From Macrostomum lignano (taxonomy: Eukaryota), in the NCBI GenBank assembly GCA_002269645.1, contig NIVC01001947.1, forward strand, positions 1-39,658: DNA of 39,658 bases, read 5' to 3'. The notes below the pieces were generated by a model, which was not told the origin of the DNA, searched no databases, and saw nothing but the letters and a program-made list of their open reading frames with translations. A program made the position numbers and the translations under genes. This document shows, one piece after another, positions 1 to 16,478 of this stretch (positions are counted from its first letter, which is position 1; each line of letters opens with the position of its first letter).

Positions 1-67
1 GGGGCGCAGGCGCCGCGAATAGGCCGCGAGGCCCCTATCGCAACCCCAAGGTAAAAGAGCACAAGGA

Positions 68-5175
<5,108 letters not shown>

Positions 5176-5456
5176 TCAAGTTAAATGCTTGCTGATCATT
5201 CTTAAGCCCATATGCTCTTCTGGCCGCAACTCCCGAGGAACAAAAAGAAATTTTAGCTGCCAGATTAAATTTAAGTGACACTGCGCAGACAAACTTCTGA
5301 AAAGAGTAAACACTCTACTTTTCACAACTTTAATTTTGAGTGACATATCTAGTCACTTCTAGTAGCTGTGGCTAAAACTAAAAAGGCTCAGGCCAGTACC
5401 AATTAATGACAAAGTTAGGATCTACTACTGTATCTGAAGCCACCGAAAATTTTTGT

Positions 5457-8400
5457 TCAGTCGTCGACTCCGATAGACATCTCCGACCGACGCATCTGAA
5501 TGCCGAGCACCATCTTCTCGGCGATATAGCGGTAGACGCTCAGCCAGGCCTTCTGAACCTCACGGGTGTACAACGGGCCCAGCTTCCGCTCCATCGCATA
5601 GTCTATGGCCGGCCAGAGGCGCTGAAATGTTTTATTTGATTCGATTTTTTTACTATGATTCATAGGCGTAGGAGCGTTTCAAAATGTGGGGGGCCAGGTC
5701 AGTGGCGGATTTAGGGGGCTGGGGCGCATAGGGTGCACGCCCACTGTCGAGTTAGATTTTTCTATTTTTATGGAAAATGCACATTATCATGCACCAATTA
5801 TTTTTAGAATCGGTGTTGTCAGCACTCATTTTAGCGTTGCAGGCACTCTTTTAGCGCCGTGGGCACTCATTTTAGCGCCACAGCCCTTATTTTAGCGCCA
5901 CAAGACCTCATTTTTGCGCTGCAGGCACCCATTTTAGCGCCACAGGCACCCATTTTAGCGCCGCAGGCACTCATTTCAGCGCTGCAGGCGCTAGCGCCAC
6001 AGGCACTCATTTTAGCGCCGCAGGCACTCATTTCAGCGCTGCAGGCACTCATTTTAGCGCTGCAGGCACTCATTTTAGCGCCGCAGGCACTCATTTTAGC
6101 GCCACAGGCACTCATTTTAGCGCCACAGGCACTCATTTTAGCGTCACAGGCACTCATTTTAGCGCCGCAGCCACTCATTTTAGCGCCGCAGGCACCCATT
6201 TGAGCGCTGCAGGCGCTATGTTTTGTGGCCCTGCAGCAAAATGTATTTATGCAAAGCAGCAAAAATAAAAATAAGAGTAAAAAATAAACAAAAAATTTAC
6301 ATTTTGCAGTTAAAATGTGGAGGGGCCATGGCCCCACTGTTCCCCCGTTCTTACGGCTATGCTACGCTCGTATGATTTAGTCTACTACTAGTATTAACAA
6401 CTTTTCAGTAGATACAAAATTGATTTTTAACTACAGTTATTTAAGCATTCAGACAAATGAGATAATGTTGACTAGATAGGCAATTTCATAAATATGGCCT
6501 ATACTAGCCTAATGTAGTTAAAGTATTTTATTCTACTTTAATGAAGGCTCACTACTGAGTGTAAAGACAATCACATTATTATTTATTTGCATGTATTTCT
6601 TATTAGAAAGGTAATTCATACCAGAAGAAGAATATTGGGTGCTGCCTCCTATCAAAAGCATTTACAAGTGTTTTGTTGAAAAATGAAAAACTCCATTCCC
6701 CGTAAACCTGTCTAATAAAAATTTCCCAAGAAACATAGTTCCCATCCTCCTACTTGAATAGCCCTTGCTCTAACACTAACCTAAACCCTAACCTAACCTA
6801 AATTGTCCTGTTTCATGTGCTAACTGATAGTCTCTGTGGGTTTTAACACTGGGGGGAAGACAAGGCAAGTATACAGATAGTGCACGTTCGTATTTGGAAA
6901 ATCCGCATCGAACACTCCAACACTACTTGATATTTGCATCTAAGTGGGGGGGGGGTAAATATATGCAGATATCTGATATAATTTCAAATATGTCTTCAGC
7001 TCCGAGAGCTGATATGGCATATCAATCCGATTAGCCTTGGGATTATTATCAAGTCTTTAAGCGTCATTTGGATGTACAGGAAAAGACAGCAAGGTTAACA
7101 TTATTGCTCTGTATTTAGACTCCCACAGATGCAGAATTTTCTGATCCTCATAAGAAGATGAAAGTTGATGAGAGTGAAATTATGATCATTACTGAAAAAC
7201 AAGTGAGCTAAGCTAATAATTAAGACTCAAAAGTTGCATCTTCATATTAGGTTTCTTTTTTGAGCTTCACGGATGTAACTGAGACGTTAATGCATCCAGA
7301 AATCTGCGAGGCGTCAGGCAGTCTTGCAATGAGATCAATCAATAACAAAAATCAAACTTCTCTCTCAGGAACTGCAAGCCTAGACTTGTAACTCGAAACA
7401 ATTCACGATGATACAATAAACAATCAATACTGCGTGTCTTATGCATCTCTATGCTTTATGAAACTTGTGGCTATAGCCTACAAGTAAAAACTACGAGTAG
7501 GTTACAGCCGATCAATGGGATGCCGTCTTAGAAGGCCGTTCGTTCAGCCTCAAATCTCAATGCAAAGCAAACCCGTTTGAACTGGAGCAGATTAAAGGCA
7601 ATAAAATGTCTGCACTGATTTTTGGACACGCCCTTGGGCTACAATGGATTGCTAGGGAGTTTTTAATAGGATGTTGCACCACACAATATTAATCCTGCAA
7701 TTTGACTCAAGTGAATATTTTGGTACTCAAGTCCTAAATGAGGCAATGCACATCCAATTTAATTACTACTTTAGTTCTCGTATGCAATAAATTCTATGCA
7801 TGCTCCTTTCCGAAAGTAAATGCATATCTACTGGACAAACTTCAGTGTGCACTGTTGTTCCTTTATCAGTGCGAGGCCAGTTTAATATAAGTGAGTGGCC
7901 CCAAATGTTAACGTACGTACACTGGCGCGTTTGTCGGATTGGCGGTCTGTACATTCAAGAGACGAGAGTCAATGCGAACGGCCTCTCCGTCAGCGAATGT
8001 ACATTCAAGAGACGAGAGTCAATGCGAACGGCCTCTCCGTCAGCGAATGTACATTCAAGTGACGAGAGTCAATGCGAACGGCCTCTCCGTCAGCGAATGT
8101 ACATTCAAGTGACGAGAGTCAATGCGAACGGCCTCTCCGTCAGCGAATGTACATTCAAGTGACGAGAGTCAATGCGAACGGCCTCTCCGTCAGCGAATGT
8201 ACATTCAAGTGACGAGAGTCAATGCGAACGGCCTCTCCGTCAGCGAATGTACATTCAAGTGACGAGAGTCAATGCGAACGGCCTCTCCGTCAGTGAATGT
8301 ACATTCAAGTGACGAGAGTCAATGCGAACGGCCTCTCCGTCAGCGAATGTACATTCAAGTGACGAGAGTCAATGCGAACGGCCTCTCCGTCAGTGAATGT

Positions 8401-10281
8401 ACATTCAAGTGACGAGAGTCAATGCGAACGGCCTCTCCGTCAGTGAATGTACATTCAAGTGACGAGAGTCAATGCGAACGGCCTCTCCGTCAGCGAATGT
8501 ACATTCAAGTGACGAGAGTCAATGCGAACGGCCTCTCCGTCAGCGAATGTACATTCAAGTGACGAGAGTCAATGCGAACGGCCTCTCCGTCAGTGAATGT
8601 ACATTCAAGTGACGAGAGTCAATGCGAACGGCCTCGCCGTCAGTGAATGTACATTCAAGTGACGAGAGTCAATGCGAACGGCCTCTCCGTCAGTGAATGT
8701 ACATTCAAGTGACGAGAGTCAATGCGAACGGCCTCGCCGTCAGTGAATGTACATTCAAGTGACGAGAGTCAATGCGAACGGCCTCTCCGTCAGAGAATGT
8801 ACATTCAAGGGAAACTAGCTCTTACCATCACGTGCTCAGGACGAACGTGAAAAGCGCAGTGGGCCTGTCCCAACGCTAGCAGAACCGAGTTCAGCACCAG
8901 GGCGTCTTCTAGGCAGTCGACAGCGGCGCCCAGCGCCTGCATCACAGCTTCGCCATGCTTTTTCAATTTCTCGGGATCTGGCTCGTAGTCTGCTGACGCG
9001 GCGGCGTTGTTTTCATCTGAGCGAGCCAGAAGCTTGCGGAACAGGCTCCTCATTGACTTGTCCGTCTCGAATAGCCTGATGAGGTTGACGAGTGTAATAG
9101 GAATATTGTACGAGCTCAAATAAAATAGTCTAATTAGAAAACAGTTGTCTAGAGAGACTGAAAAGTTTTAAATTAATTTCTAATTGAGCACATGTCAGCT
9201 TTGCATGCTTTTTGCGACTTCAACTTTGACATCGAGTAGCCCTGCCTGGCCTTACGAGCGCATAACCTTCGATAACCCCGTCAGGGAAGCCTGACTTTTA
9301 GTAGAATTTTATTCTTCGCTACCCAGCGGACACAGCAGTCAGTGCAGTTGATTAAGCAGCATTTCTCTTTCATCTGCTCCAGTCTCGACCGTCCAGCCAT
9401 CTATTGGCCTTGAGAAGGGAAGCCACATTCGGATTGGCTATCCCCTTTGTGTAACTGGCAGAGAGGAACTTGAAGCACGACCGATCTTAAAAGCTTCCGA
9501 TTCTAAATTTTCTTACAACTTTCACGCTAGGAGTTTTGTTAAAAGTTTCCGCTGTATCAGGATGTAACACTCGCGTTATATGAAAAAATTGAAAGTTAAA
9601 TTTCGCTTTAAAATGCGAGTTAGAATATTTAAATTTATAAGCACTTCACAGCCGATTTTTTACCCGAGGCTGTCGAACGCGCGAAAATTGCAACAAATTA
9701 CCATTCTTCCTACTAAAATGCTTACATAAATCTTCAATATAACTCACACCAGCTCGATATTCATATATCAGAAGCCTGGAGGTGAGATCAGCGCGTTTTT
9801 CAGCGAATTAGACCTTCAAAAATTTTTTTTCATAGAACGCCCATAGAACGGGAGAGTTGAGTTCCCAACAACGCCTAAATTACTGGGGTGTTATGGAGCA
9901 TCGAATTCACACTGTGCAATCAAGTTTCAAGTTTCAATCAATGAATAATAATTAAATATTATTATTAAATATTGTTAGTAGTTGTCAAAAAGCAAAAACG
10001 GTTTCCCCGTCCAGGTGGTCAAGTGACACAGTGCTTTAGCCACCCTGCCCCTGTTCGCATGGACTCCCACTCTCCCATATTTACTTTGGCACCCACCGGA
10101 TAAACACGAGCGCGCCAGTTCCGGCCAGGTCCTCGCAGACGCGGGCCCAGGTGCTCCTGACCAGGGCCATCTGGTCAGGGCTCAGCCGGTCGCCAATCTG
10201 ATCGTTCAGCCGTCTCTCGGCGGCCGATTCCGACGCAGCAACGGCGCCGTGGTGCGCCTGCTTGGCCTGAGCGCAGCCCAT
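5457..10281 (-). CDS. Globin, 199 aa, N-terminal MGC acylation motif (globin X/neuroglobin-like); exons 10281-10097, 9075-8826, 5621-5457
   Basis: GT-AG introns at the canonical globin positions B12.2 (VFIR|LF) and G7.0 (HVM|RLW). CD1 Phe (SLF), distal His E7 (LKKHGEAV), proximal His F8 (GQAHCAF). Exon lengths 185+250+165 = 600 nt, in phase. Confidence 0.92.
5661..6361. mobile_element. hAT-like MITE with imperfect TIRs and an internal 21-bp tandem array
   Basis: Left end CATAGGCGTAGGA versus reverse complement of the right end CATAGCCGTAAGA. The 8-bp flank CTATGATT on the left reappears on the right as CTA[cgctcgta]TGATT. An 8-bp TSD is typical of hAT elements. A CAGTGGCGGATTTAGGGGG terminus-like segment is nested at ~5699. 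Confidence 0.6.
5822..6215. repeat. 21-bp minisatellite (GCACTCATTTTAGCGCCRCAG)n, ~18 copies
   Basis: Read directly; it produces the LILAPQA and MSACGAK pseudo-ORFs. Confidence 0.95.
7948..8808. repeat. 50-bp tandem satellite, ~17 near-identical copies, in globin intron 2
   Basis: Unit GTGACGAGAGTCAATGCGAACGGCCTCTCCGTCAGYGAATGTACATTCAA, period 50, no spacers. Confidence 0.97.
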
Positions 10282-11164
10282 CTTACAGCTCCTCGTTGGA
10301 ATTCTTTTGTACTCTGCTTAATTGGAAATATCTTCTTTTGCCAGGTCTAGCTGTCAGTAGAAGACGGGCTCTCATATTGAAAAGCCCCGTCTCAAATCAG
10401 GGAGCGATGCTGCTGATTGGCTGTCTGCAGAGGAGGCATCGCTTGCCAATGGTGCAAAAGTACTCCATGAACACTGTCTGTGTAGGCTTGAGTTTGAACA
10501 AGCTAAGGTCAAAAGTAGTAACAGGCCGTTACTACTTTTCGTTATCGTTCTATTCGGCTAGACAATCTGTTGATAAACCAACAAATTTTGTTACAGAAGT
10601 GGTCTCCAGCCTCTGTGCCTTTCTCGGGTGGCCGATTTAGAAAACTATTGCAATAGTATACGCCACAGCGCCTATAGGGATTAATGAGATTAAGCGGAGG
10701 CGAGTCTCCAATGAGATGGAGAAGACAGAGGGCGAGAGAGCGAGGCGGAGATCCTGGCTGAGAGTAAGGGCCATCAAGCGGGAGATACGGTCGGGATTGT
10801 ATTACCGCGAGAGATATGAGGCTTGGCTTGGCTCGCTGGCAATGAGAGGCCGGGCGGCATCGATTCATTTAGTAAGAGAAAAATGTCTCGCGAAACGTGA
10901 GCTGGCCCTGCCAAAGTATTTATAGTCTCTGCCGCTATCGCTACGGATTTCTTATGGCCACGCGAGACGGAGTCGACCTCGGTGCATGGGCGTCGAGATC
11001 TAGAAGCAGAGCCTCCAAAACCCCCGTTTCAGACAACTGCAGTCTATCCTATTTTACTAAGCATAATATAACTACTGGTCATGAGATTCTGAGTCTTAAT
11101 TTTTACAATTGTCAACAAAACGATTGATAGGAACATGAAATTTATTAAGTGAAAATACTGTCTG

Positions 11165-11436
11165 TGGCGCTGAATTGGCGCTAAATCTCACCTGTAGCGC
11201 TGAATTGGCGCTAAAATCTCACCTGTAGCGCTGAATTGGCGCTAAATCTCACCTGTAGCGCTGAATTGGCGCTAAAATCTCACCTGTAGCGCTGAATTGG
11301 CGCTAAAATCTCACCTGTAGCACTGAATTGGCGCTAAAATCTCACCTGTAGCACTGAATTGGCGCTAAAATCTCACCTGTAGCACTGAACTGGCGCTAAA
11401 ATCTCACCTGTAGCACTGAACTGGCGCTAAAATCTC
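11165..11436. repeat. 30-31-bp minisatellite (GCRCTGAATTGGCGCTAAAATCTCACCTGTA)n, 9 copies
   Basis: Read directly; each unit carries CACCTG, and the GCG-type units carry a TAGCGC...GCGCTA inverted pair. Confidence 0.95.
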
Positions 11437-12354
11437 ACGTGTGGTGCTCAAATGACTCAAAAATATCAGGCCGTATGAATAAAGTCTGTAAGAACTTGCA
11501 AGTTCCGCCTTTAAATTTGAGACGGAGCAGCTGCTCAAGTCTGGGAATTCTGCGTCTCTGGTCAGGTCGGAAGACTGGCGATCCGGATAAAGTTCCGTTG
11601 AGCGGGAGCTTATTTCGGAAAGAGTTCTGCCGTGTAGAAATATAAAGACACTCATCTGATTCAAACTGACCGAGGTTTTACTCAGCCTCTGAGTCTTTGA
11701 TTGAAATCCAGAGCAACAACTTTGAGCAAATTCTCTAGATCAAGTTGTTTTCTCAGAAGTCACCGCTCCGTTTATTCATACAGACTTGAGACCGAGATGA
11801 AACTACTTGGTTTCATTTTATTGCTGAATATCTGTAAATTATGCAATTCACTCATTTAAAAATCATTTGGTTTTGGCAAAAGAAACTGACTGTCTCTGGA
11901 CCTCTAGCGCTCCCCCTCCCTACTCCTGCCTGAGCTTACAAGAGCTATAGGGAATTAAGTTCTACCAAAACTGCACAGCAAACGGACAGGAAATTTTCTG
12001 CGACCGCGACAGCTGTTTCGGCCTGTCTTCTTTTTGTATCCGCAGCTTAGGTCGAAGAGCCACTGGCCTGCGCTGGGAAGAAAAAATTTTTCGCTTGGAG
12101 CTGACTGTTAGCTGCAGTCAGTAGCGCAACTGTGCCTGCATATTGGCAAGTGTAGACTGCATCAGCTGTTGCTGCCGCTAAAAACCACCCCGTGCGGGTA
12201 GGGAGAGGAAGGGAAGGAGAAGACACGGCCAGCGCAGTATAAATCAAGCAGCAATATTCGACTGCTGTTCTTTCTAATCTTTCTATTTTCTTCGCACAGC
12301 AACTTTGCCAGAGAAGAGCCCAGCTATTGGTAAGCACAATGCACTGAATTACTG

Positions 12355-13232
12355 TTGGGTCTTAGTGTTCCAGTCTTGGTTCCTACAGCATGGGGTCTTA
12401 GTGTTCCAGTCTTGGTTCCTACAGCATGGGGTCTTAGTGTTCCAGTCTTGGTTTCTACAGCCTGGGTCTTAGTGTTCCTGTCTTGGTTCCTAAAGCCTGG
12501 GTCTTACTGTTCCAGTCTTGGTTCCTACAGCCTGGGTCTTACGAGCGTACTGTTCCAGTCTTGGTTCCTACAGCCTAGGTCTTAGTGTTCCTGTCTTGGT
12601 TCGTACAGCCTAGGTCTTAGTGTTCCAGTCTTGGTTCCTACAGCCTGGGTCTTACGAGCGTACTGTTCCAGTCTTGGTTCCTACAGCCTAGGTCTTAGTG
12701 TTCCTGTCTTGGTTCGTACAGCCTAGGTCTTAGTGTTCCTGTCTTGGTTCGTACAGCCTAGGTCTTAGTGTTCCTGTCTTAGTTCCTACAGCCTGGGGTC
12801 TTAGTGTTCCAGTCAATTAGTTCCTACTGCATCGGTCTTACTGTTCCTGTGTTAGTTCCTACTACTTGGGTCTTACTGTTCTTGTCTTGATTCTTACAGC
12901 AGGGGTCTTACTGTTCTTGTCTTGATTCTTACAGCAGGGGTCTTACTGTTCTTGTCTTGATTCTTACAGCCTGGGTCTTGCTGTTCCTGTCTTGATTCCT
13001 ACAGCCTGGGGTCTTAGTGTTCCAGTCTTGGTTCCTACAAACTGGGGTCTTGCTGTTCCTGTCTTGGTTCCTACAGCCTGGGTCTTACTGTTCCTGTCTT
13101 GATTCCTACAGCCTGGGGTCTTACTGTTCCAGTCTTGGTTCCTACAGCCTGGGGTCTTACTGTTCCTGTCTTGGTTCCTACAGCCTGGGTCTTGCTGTTC
13201 CTGTCTTGATTCCTACAGCCTGGATCTTACTG
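12355..13232. repeat. 35-36-bp minisatellite (GGGTCTTASTGTTCCWGTCTTGGTTCCTACAGCCT)n, ~25 copies
   Basis: Read directly; the unit is internally dimeric (GTCTT...GTTCC twice). Two units carry an 8-nt insertion. Confidence 0.95.
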
Positions 13233-14211
13233 TCTTTTACCAATTACTAAAGCCTGTTCAATGCTTAGCAGCTCTGTTTCTGTTGTCAAGGTAGTGACTA
13301 AGTCATCTGACGCCTGTTTAACGCGTAGCTGATGTGCACTTTATTAATTTGTTTACTCACTCTCGCAGCATGATTTGACACGGCAAATACAGACTATTTA
13401 CCTAAGCAATTATACTCTTTGAGTGCAGACTAATTCATTGTCAAATCAATAATTCGAGGCAATTAACAAAGCCTTTCCAGTGTGCAATCGAGACGAAAAG
13501 AACTTGTTGCCAACAGTGATAAACCGTGTGAATTGTAACACTTTCGAGTTAGAGTAGGAATGGCTAAGAGGCAATTGTGAACCATCTTCTAACGTGTAGC
13601 TACTAGCGCTAAGAGTGTAACACGAGAAATTCGCATCCTATAGACTTAGGAAGGTGCGTAGGAAGGTCGCATCCCGATCGTGACTGGAGAAACATCTGCA
13701 GCAGATTGAATCAGATTTCTTCGCGTGACTTTACTGCAATTCTCAGACGATTGCAAGCATTAAAGTATTAAAGCGGAAGGATTTTTTTAGAATAAAAGAT
13801 GTCGGATCAAACTGCTTTTGTCTAGCAAACTTTAGGCTAACTGAACTTTACTGAAGTCGAGATATCGTTTCGTTTCCTTTGCGCATTTGAAGCGGCTACA
13901 TCATGCAAAAATCAGTCTACTATAATACCCAAGAACCAAACCCTAGTGGCATAGCAACTATTGGAAGTAGACAAATATGAGCTATCTACATCACACTAAA
14001 TGCTCTGGCAAAGTTTGGTCGTTGTCACCATCGGAACATCTATAATTAAGGAGAACTACCACATCCTTTAGTAGACATTTTACCTGTTTTGAAATGAATC
14101 TTGAAGCCTTAACATTTTTTTCCTTCATGACATACCGGACAACTTTAGAAGCTTGTAGATGTGGACTACCTAAAAAGTCATATTTGTTATATAAAAAATT
14201 GCTATATCGGG

Positions 14212-14445
14212 ATCTCTTAGACATCGGGATTCGGGATTTACATCAGGATTGCTAGACATCGGGATTCGAGATTTATATAGAGATTGCTAGACATCGGGAT
14301 TCGAGATTTATATAGAGATTGCTAGACATCGGGATTCGAGATTTATATAGAGATTGCTAGACATCCGGATTCGGGTTTTACATCGGGATTGCTAGACATC
14401 GGGATTCGGGATTTACATCGGGATTGCCAGACATCGGGATTCGGG
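14212..14445. repeat. 35-bp minisatellite (AGACATCGGGATTCGAGATTTATATAGAGATTGCT)n, ~7 copies
   Basis: ACATC(G/C)GG recurs every 35 bp from 14221 to 14431; the array ends ~100 bp upstream of the SLC3 ATG. Confidence 0.9.
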
Positions 14446-14546
14446 ACGGGATCCCGTCGGAGGCCTTCATCAAATTAACCGCGCAGCAATTTATTGATTC
14501 GAGTATCTCGCACCTGCCCGCAGTTCGCTAAGCGATTCATTTAGCA

Positions 14547-16478
14547 ATGGTAAAAACGCCACCGACCAGCGAGCAGGATCCTGAGCAGCCGCCTACTCAA
14601 CATGTCGACGACGATGCCGCTGATGCGCTGCCTCTGGTGGAGATCGCGGACCCATCGCGCAAAAGTGAGCACCAGAACGAGCAGCGCCAGCCAGCGCCGC
14701 AGCTCTCCGGACTCACGAGAGAGGAGCTCGAGGCCTACGTCAATGACCCGTTTTGGCGCCGGCTCCGCCTAGCAACCCTCTGCCTGTTCGCTGCCCTGTG
14801 GCTCTGCATGTTCGCAGCGGTCATTGTCATTGTGGTGGCCTCGCCAAAATGCCCGCCCAGGCCTCCCAGGCAGTTCTGGCAGCGGCCCGTCTACCGCCTG
14901 CAGCTGGCCGCATTCGCCCCTGCAACCAACTCGGATCCGAGCGCGGTTGGCAGCCTGGCTGGGCTGGCCAACCGACTGGCGTACCTGCGCGACACCCTTG
15001 GCATGTCCAACTTCCTCATTGGCGGCGGTGTCAACCCGGTCGGTCCGGCGTCCGGCTGCCCGACCGACTTTGCCGCCATCAGGCCGCCACTGGGCCGACT
15101 GAGCGACCTGAGCGCTCTGGCTAAGAAGGGCCGCAAGAAGGGCTTCAATCTGATACTGGAGCTCGACCTCAGCCAGGCCGATCCCGCTTGGTCGGACAAG
15201 CCCGACGACTTCATCAAATCGCCCTGGCCTGGAAAATCCAGCCGCGACTCGAAATTGGCCTGGAGCAACGAGCAGCTTCATCTTCCGCGCTCCACCTGCA
15301 ACTCGCTGAATGTCAGCTCGCCAAGCGTCCGATCGCGTCTCGGCGCCGCCCTAACCGCCTGGCTCGACGCCGGCGTCTCTGGCTTCCTACTAAACAACGT
15401 CGCTTTCATGGCACCAACAGTCGCGGACAGCCCGCCGATCCCAAACTCCGATTGGTTCGCCAGCGATCCCGTGCCTCATCTGTATAGCAACTCGAGCGTC
15501 GAATTTGTGCGCTGGGCACGAGGGCTGCTGAATCAGGAGGCCGACCGCCTCGGCCGTGACTTAGCGCTGTTCGTTGATCCCGGAAACACTGGATTCTCCC
15601 AGCCGCCCGACCGTCTGGCGGCCTATCTAGCAGCTGGAGCGCACGCCGTGGTCAGCGTCGGGCTCGGCCGGCCGTTGAGCGAAAAATCTCCCGCTGGTGC
15701 CGACTCTTCCAACGCACGCCGTCTCGTCGAGTCCGTGATGGCCGCCGTCGGAAGCAAATTCGAAGGCGGCGTCATTTTCGCCACCGCTTGGCCGAGCCTT
15801 CGCCGTCCGACGGACCCGATGCTGACCGCCTTGTCGCTCACCCTGCCGGGAGTGCCGTGTCTCTACTACGGCCAGGAGCTGGGCATGGTTCACGTGCCTG
15901 GCGTACGTTTCCAAAGCAACTCGTCTTTACTGTCAAGCTACCTGCCCGGCAACGACTCCACGGATCCATCAGAGACGCCAATGCAATGGTCCGGCTCCGC
16001 CGCTAACGCCGGCTGGCTAAAGAACACTAGTTCCCGACTTGACTGGGTGGACCTGCAGCCACGTGCCGCCGACATCCGGGCTCACAACTTGCGCCGCTTG
16101 GCCGCCTCCGGCCATCCAGCCTCGGCGCTGCAATTCGTCCGCGATCTTCTAGGCCTGGTGAGCAGTCTTGAGTCGCTACAGTGGGGCCGAGTCGACTTCC
16201 TTCCGACTCCGGCGGGCAGCTCGGCCGGCCTAATAGCTTTCCGACGCCGTGCGGTTCGCTTCCCGGCTGTGTTCGTCGTCAGGAACCCGGGGGCGGTGTC
16301 GGCTACAGTGGACCTGACGGCTGGCGAAGCCGACAGCGGATCAGTGACCGGCTCGCTGAAGCTGATTTACTCTGGCGGAGGCGGAGCCGGCGGCGCGTAC
16401 GAAGTTGGCCAGTCCTACAGGCTGGATAGGGTCTTCGTGCCGGAATTCAGCACGCTGGTGTTTCTGGCTGACTCATGA
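14547..16478 (+). CDS. SLC3A2: SLC3 heavy chain (4F2hc/CD98hc-like), 643 aa, single exon
   Basis: SGLTREEL...DPFWRRLR followed by one TM helix and SPKC (the Cys that links to the light chain) matches the SLC3A2 N-terminal signature. GH13-like ectodomain (GVSGFLLNNV, LTLPGVPCLYYGQELGM, TPMQW) lacks the catalytic Asp. AATAAA at ~16630. SLC3A2 versus SLC3A1 orthology is not resolved. Confidence 0.88.
   Translation: MVKTPPTSEQDPEQPPTQHVDDDAADALPLVEIADPSRKSEHQNEQRQPAPQLSGLTREELEAYVNDPFWRRLRLATLCLFAALWLCMFAAVIVIVVASPKCPPRPPRQFWQRPVYRLQLAAFAPATNSDPSAVGSLAGLANRLAYLRDTLGMSNFLIGGGVNPVGPASGCPTDFAAIRPPLGRLSDLSALAKKGRKKGFNLILELDLSQADPAWSDKPDDFIKSPWPGKSSRDSKLAWSNEQLHLPRSTCNSLNVSSPSVRSRLGAALTAWLDAGVSGFLLNNVAFMAPTVADSPPIPNSDWFASDPVPHLYSNSSVEFVRWARGLLNQEADRLGRDLALFVDPGNTGFSQPPDRLAAYLAAGAHAVVSVGLGRPLSEKSPAGADSSNARRLVESVMAAVGSKFEGGVIFATAWPSLRRPTDPMLTALSLTLPGVPCLYYGQELGMVHVPGVRFQSNSSLLSSYLPGNDSTDPSETPMQWSGSAANAGWLKNTSSRLDWVDLQPRAADIRAHNLRRLAASGHPASALQFVRDLLGLVSSLESLQWGRVDFLPTPAGSSAGLIAFRRRAVRFPAVFVVRNPGAVSATVDLTAGEADSGSVTGSLKLIYSGGGGAGGAYEVGQSYRLDRVFVPEFSTLVFLADS

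Noticed and set aside
5859-6337. ORFs LILAPQA / MSACGAK and similar repeat ORFs at 7800, 12355, 13017 and 31677-32323
   Set aside because: Products of minisatellite periodicity with no independent coding evidence.
7948-8808. CRISPR-like array (palindromic repeats)
   Set aside because: Units are contiguous with no unique spacers, there are no cas genes, and the context is a eukaryotic intron.
9160-9960. Transib-like element ending in CACTGTG (RSS-heptamer-like)
   Set aside because: The sequence looks like DNA-transposon debris, but no matching left TIR or 5-bp TSD was found.
10296-14224. Small ORFs between the globin and SLC3 genes (e.g. 10716..10925, 11404..11664, 13991..14224)
   Set aside because: No recognisable motifs and no consistent exon chain.
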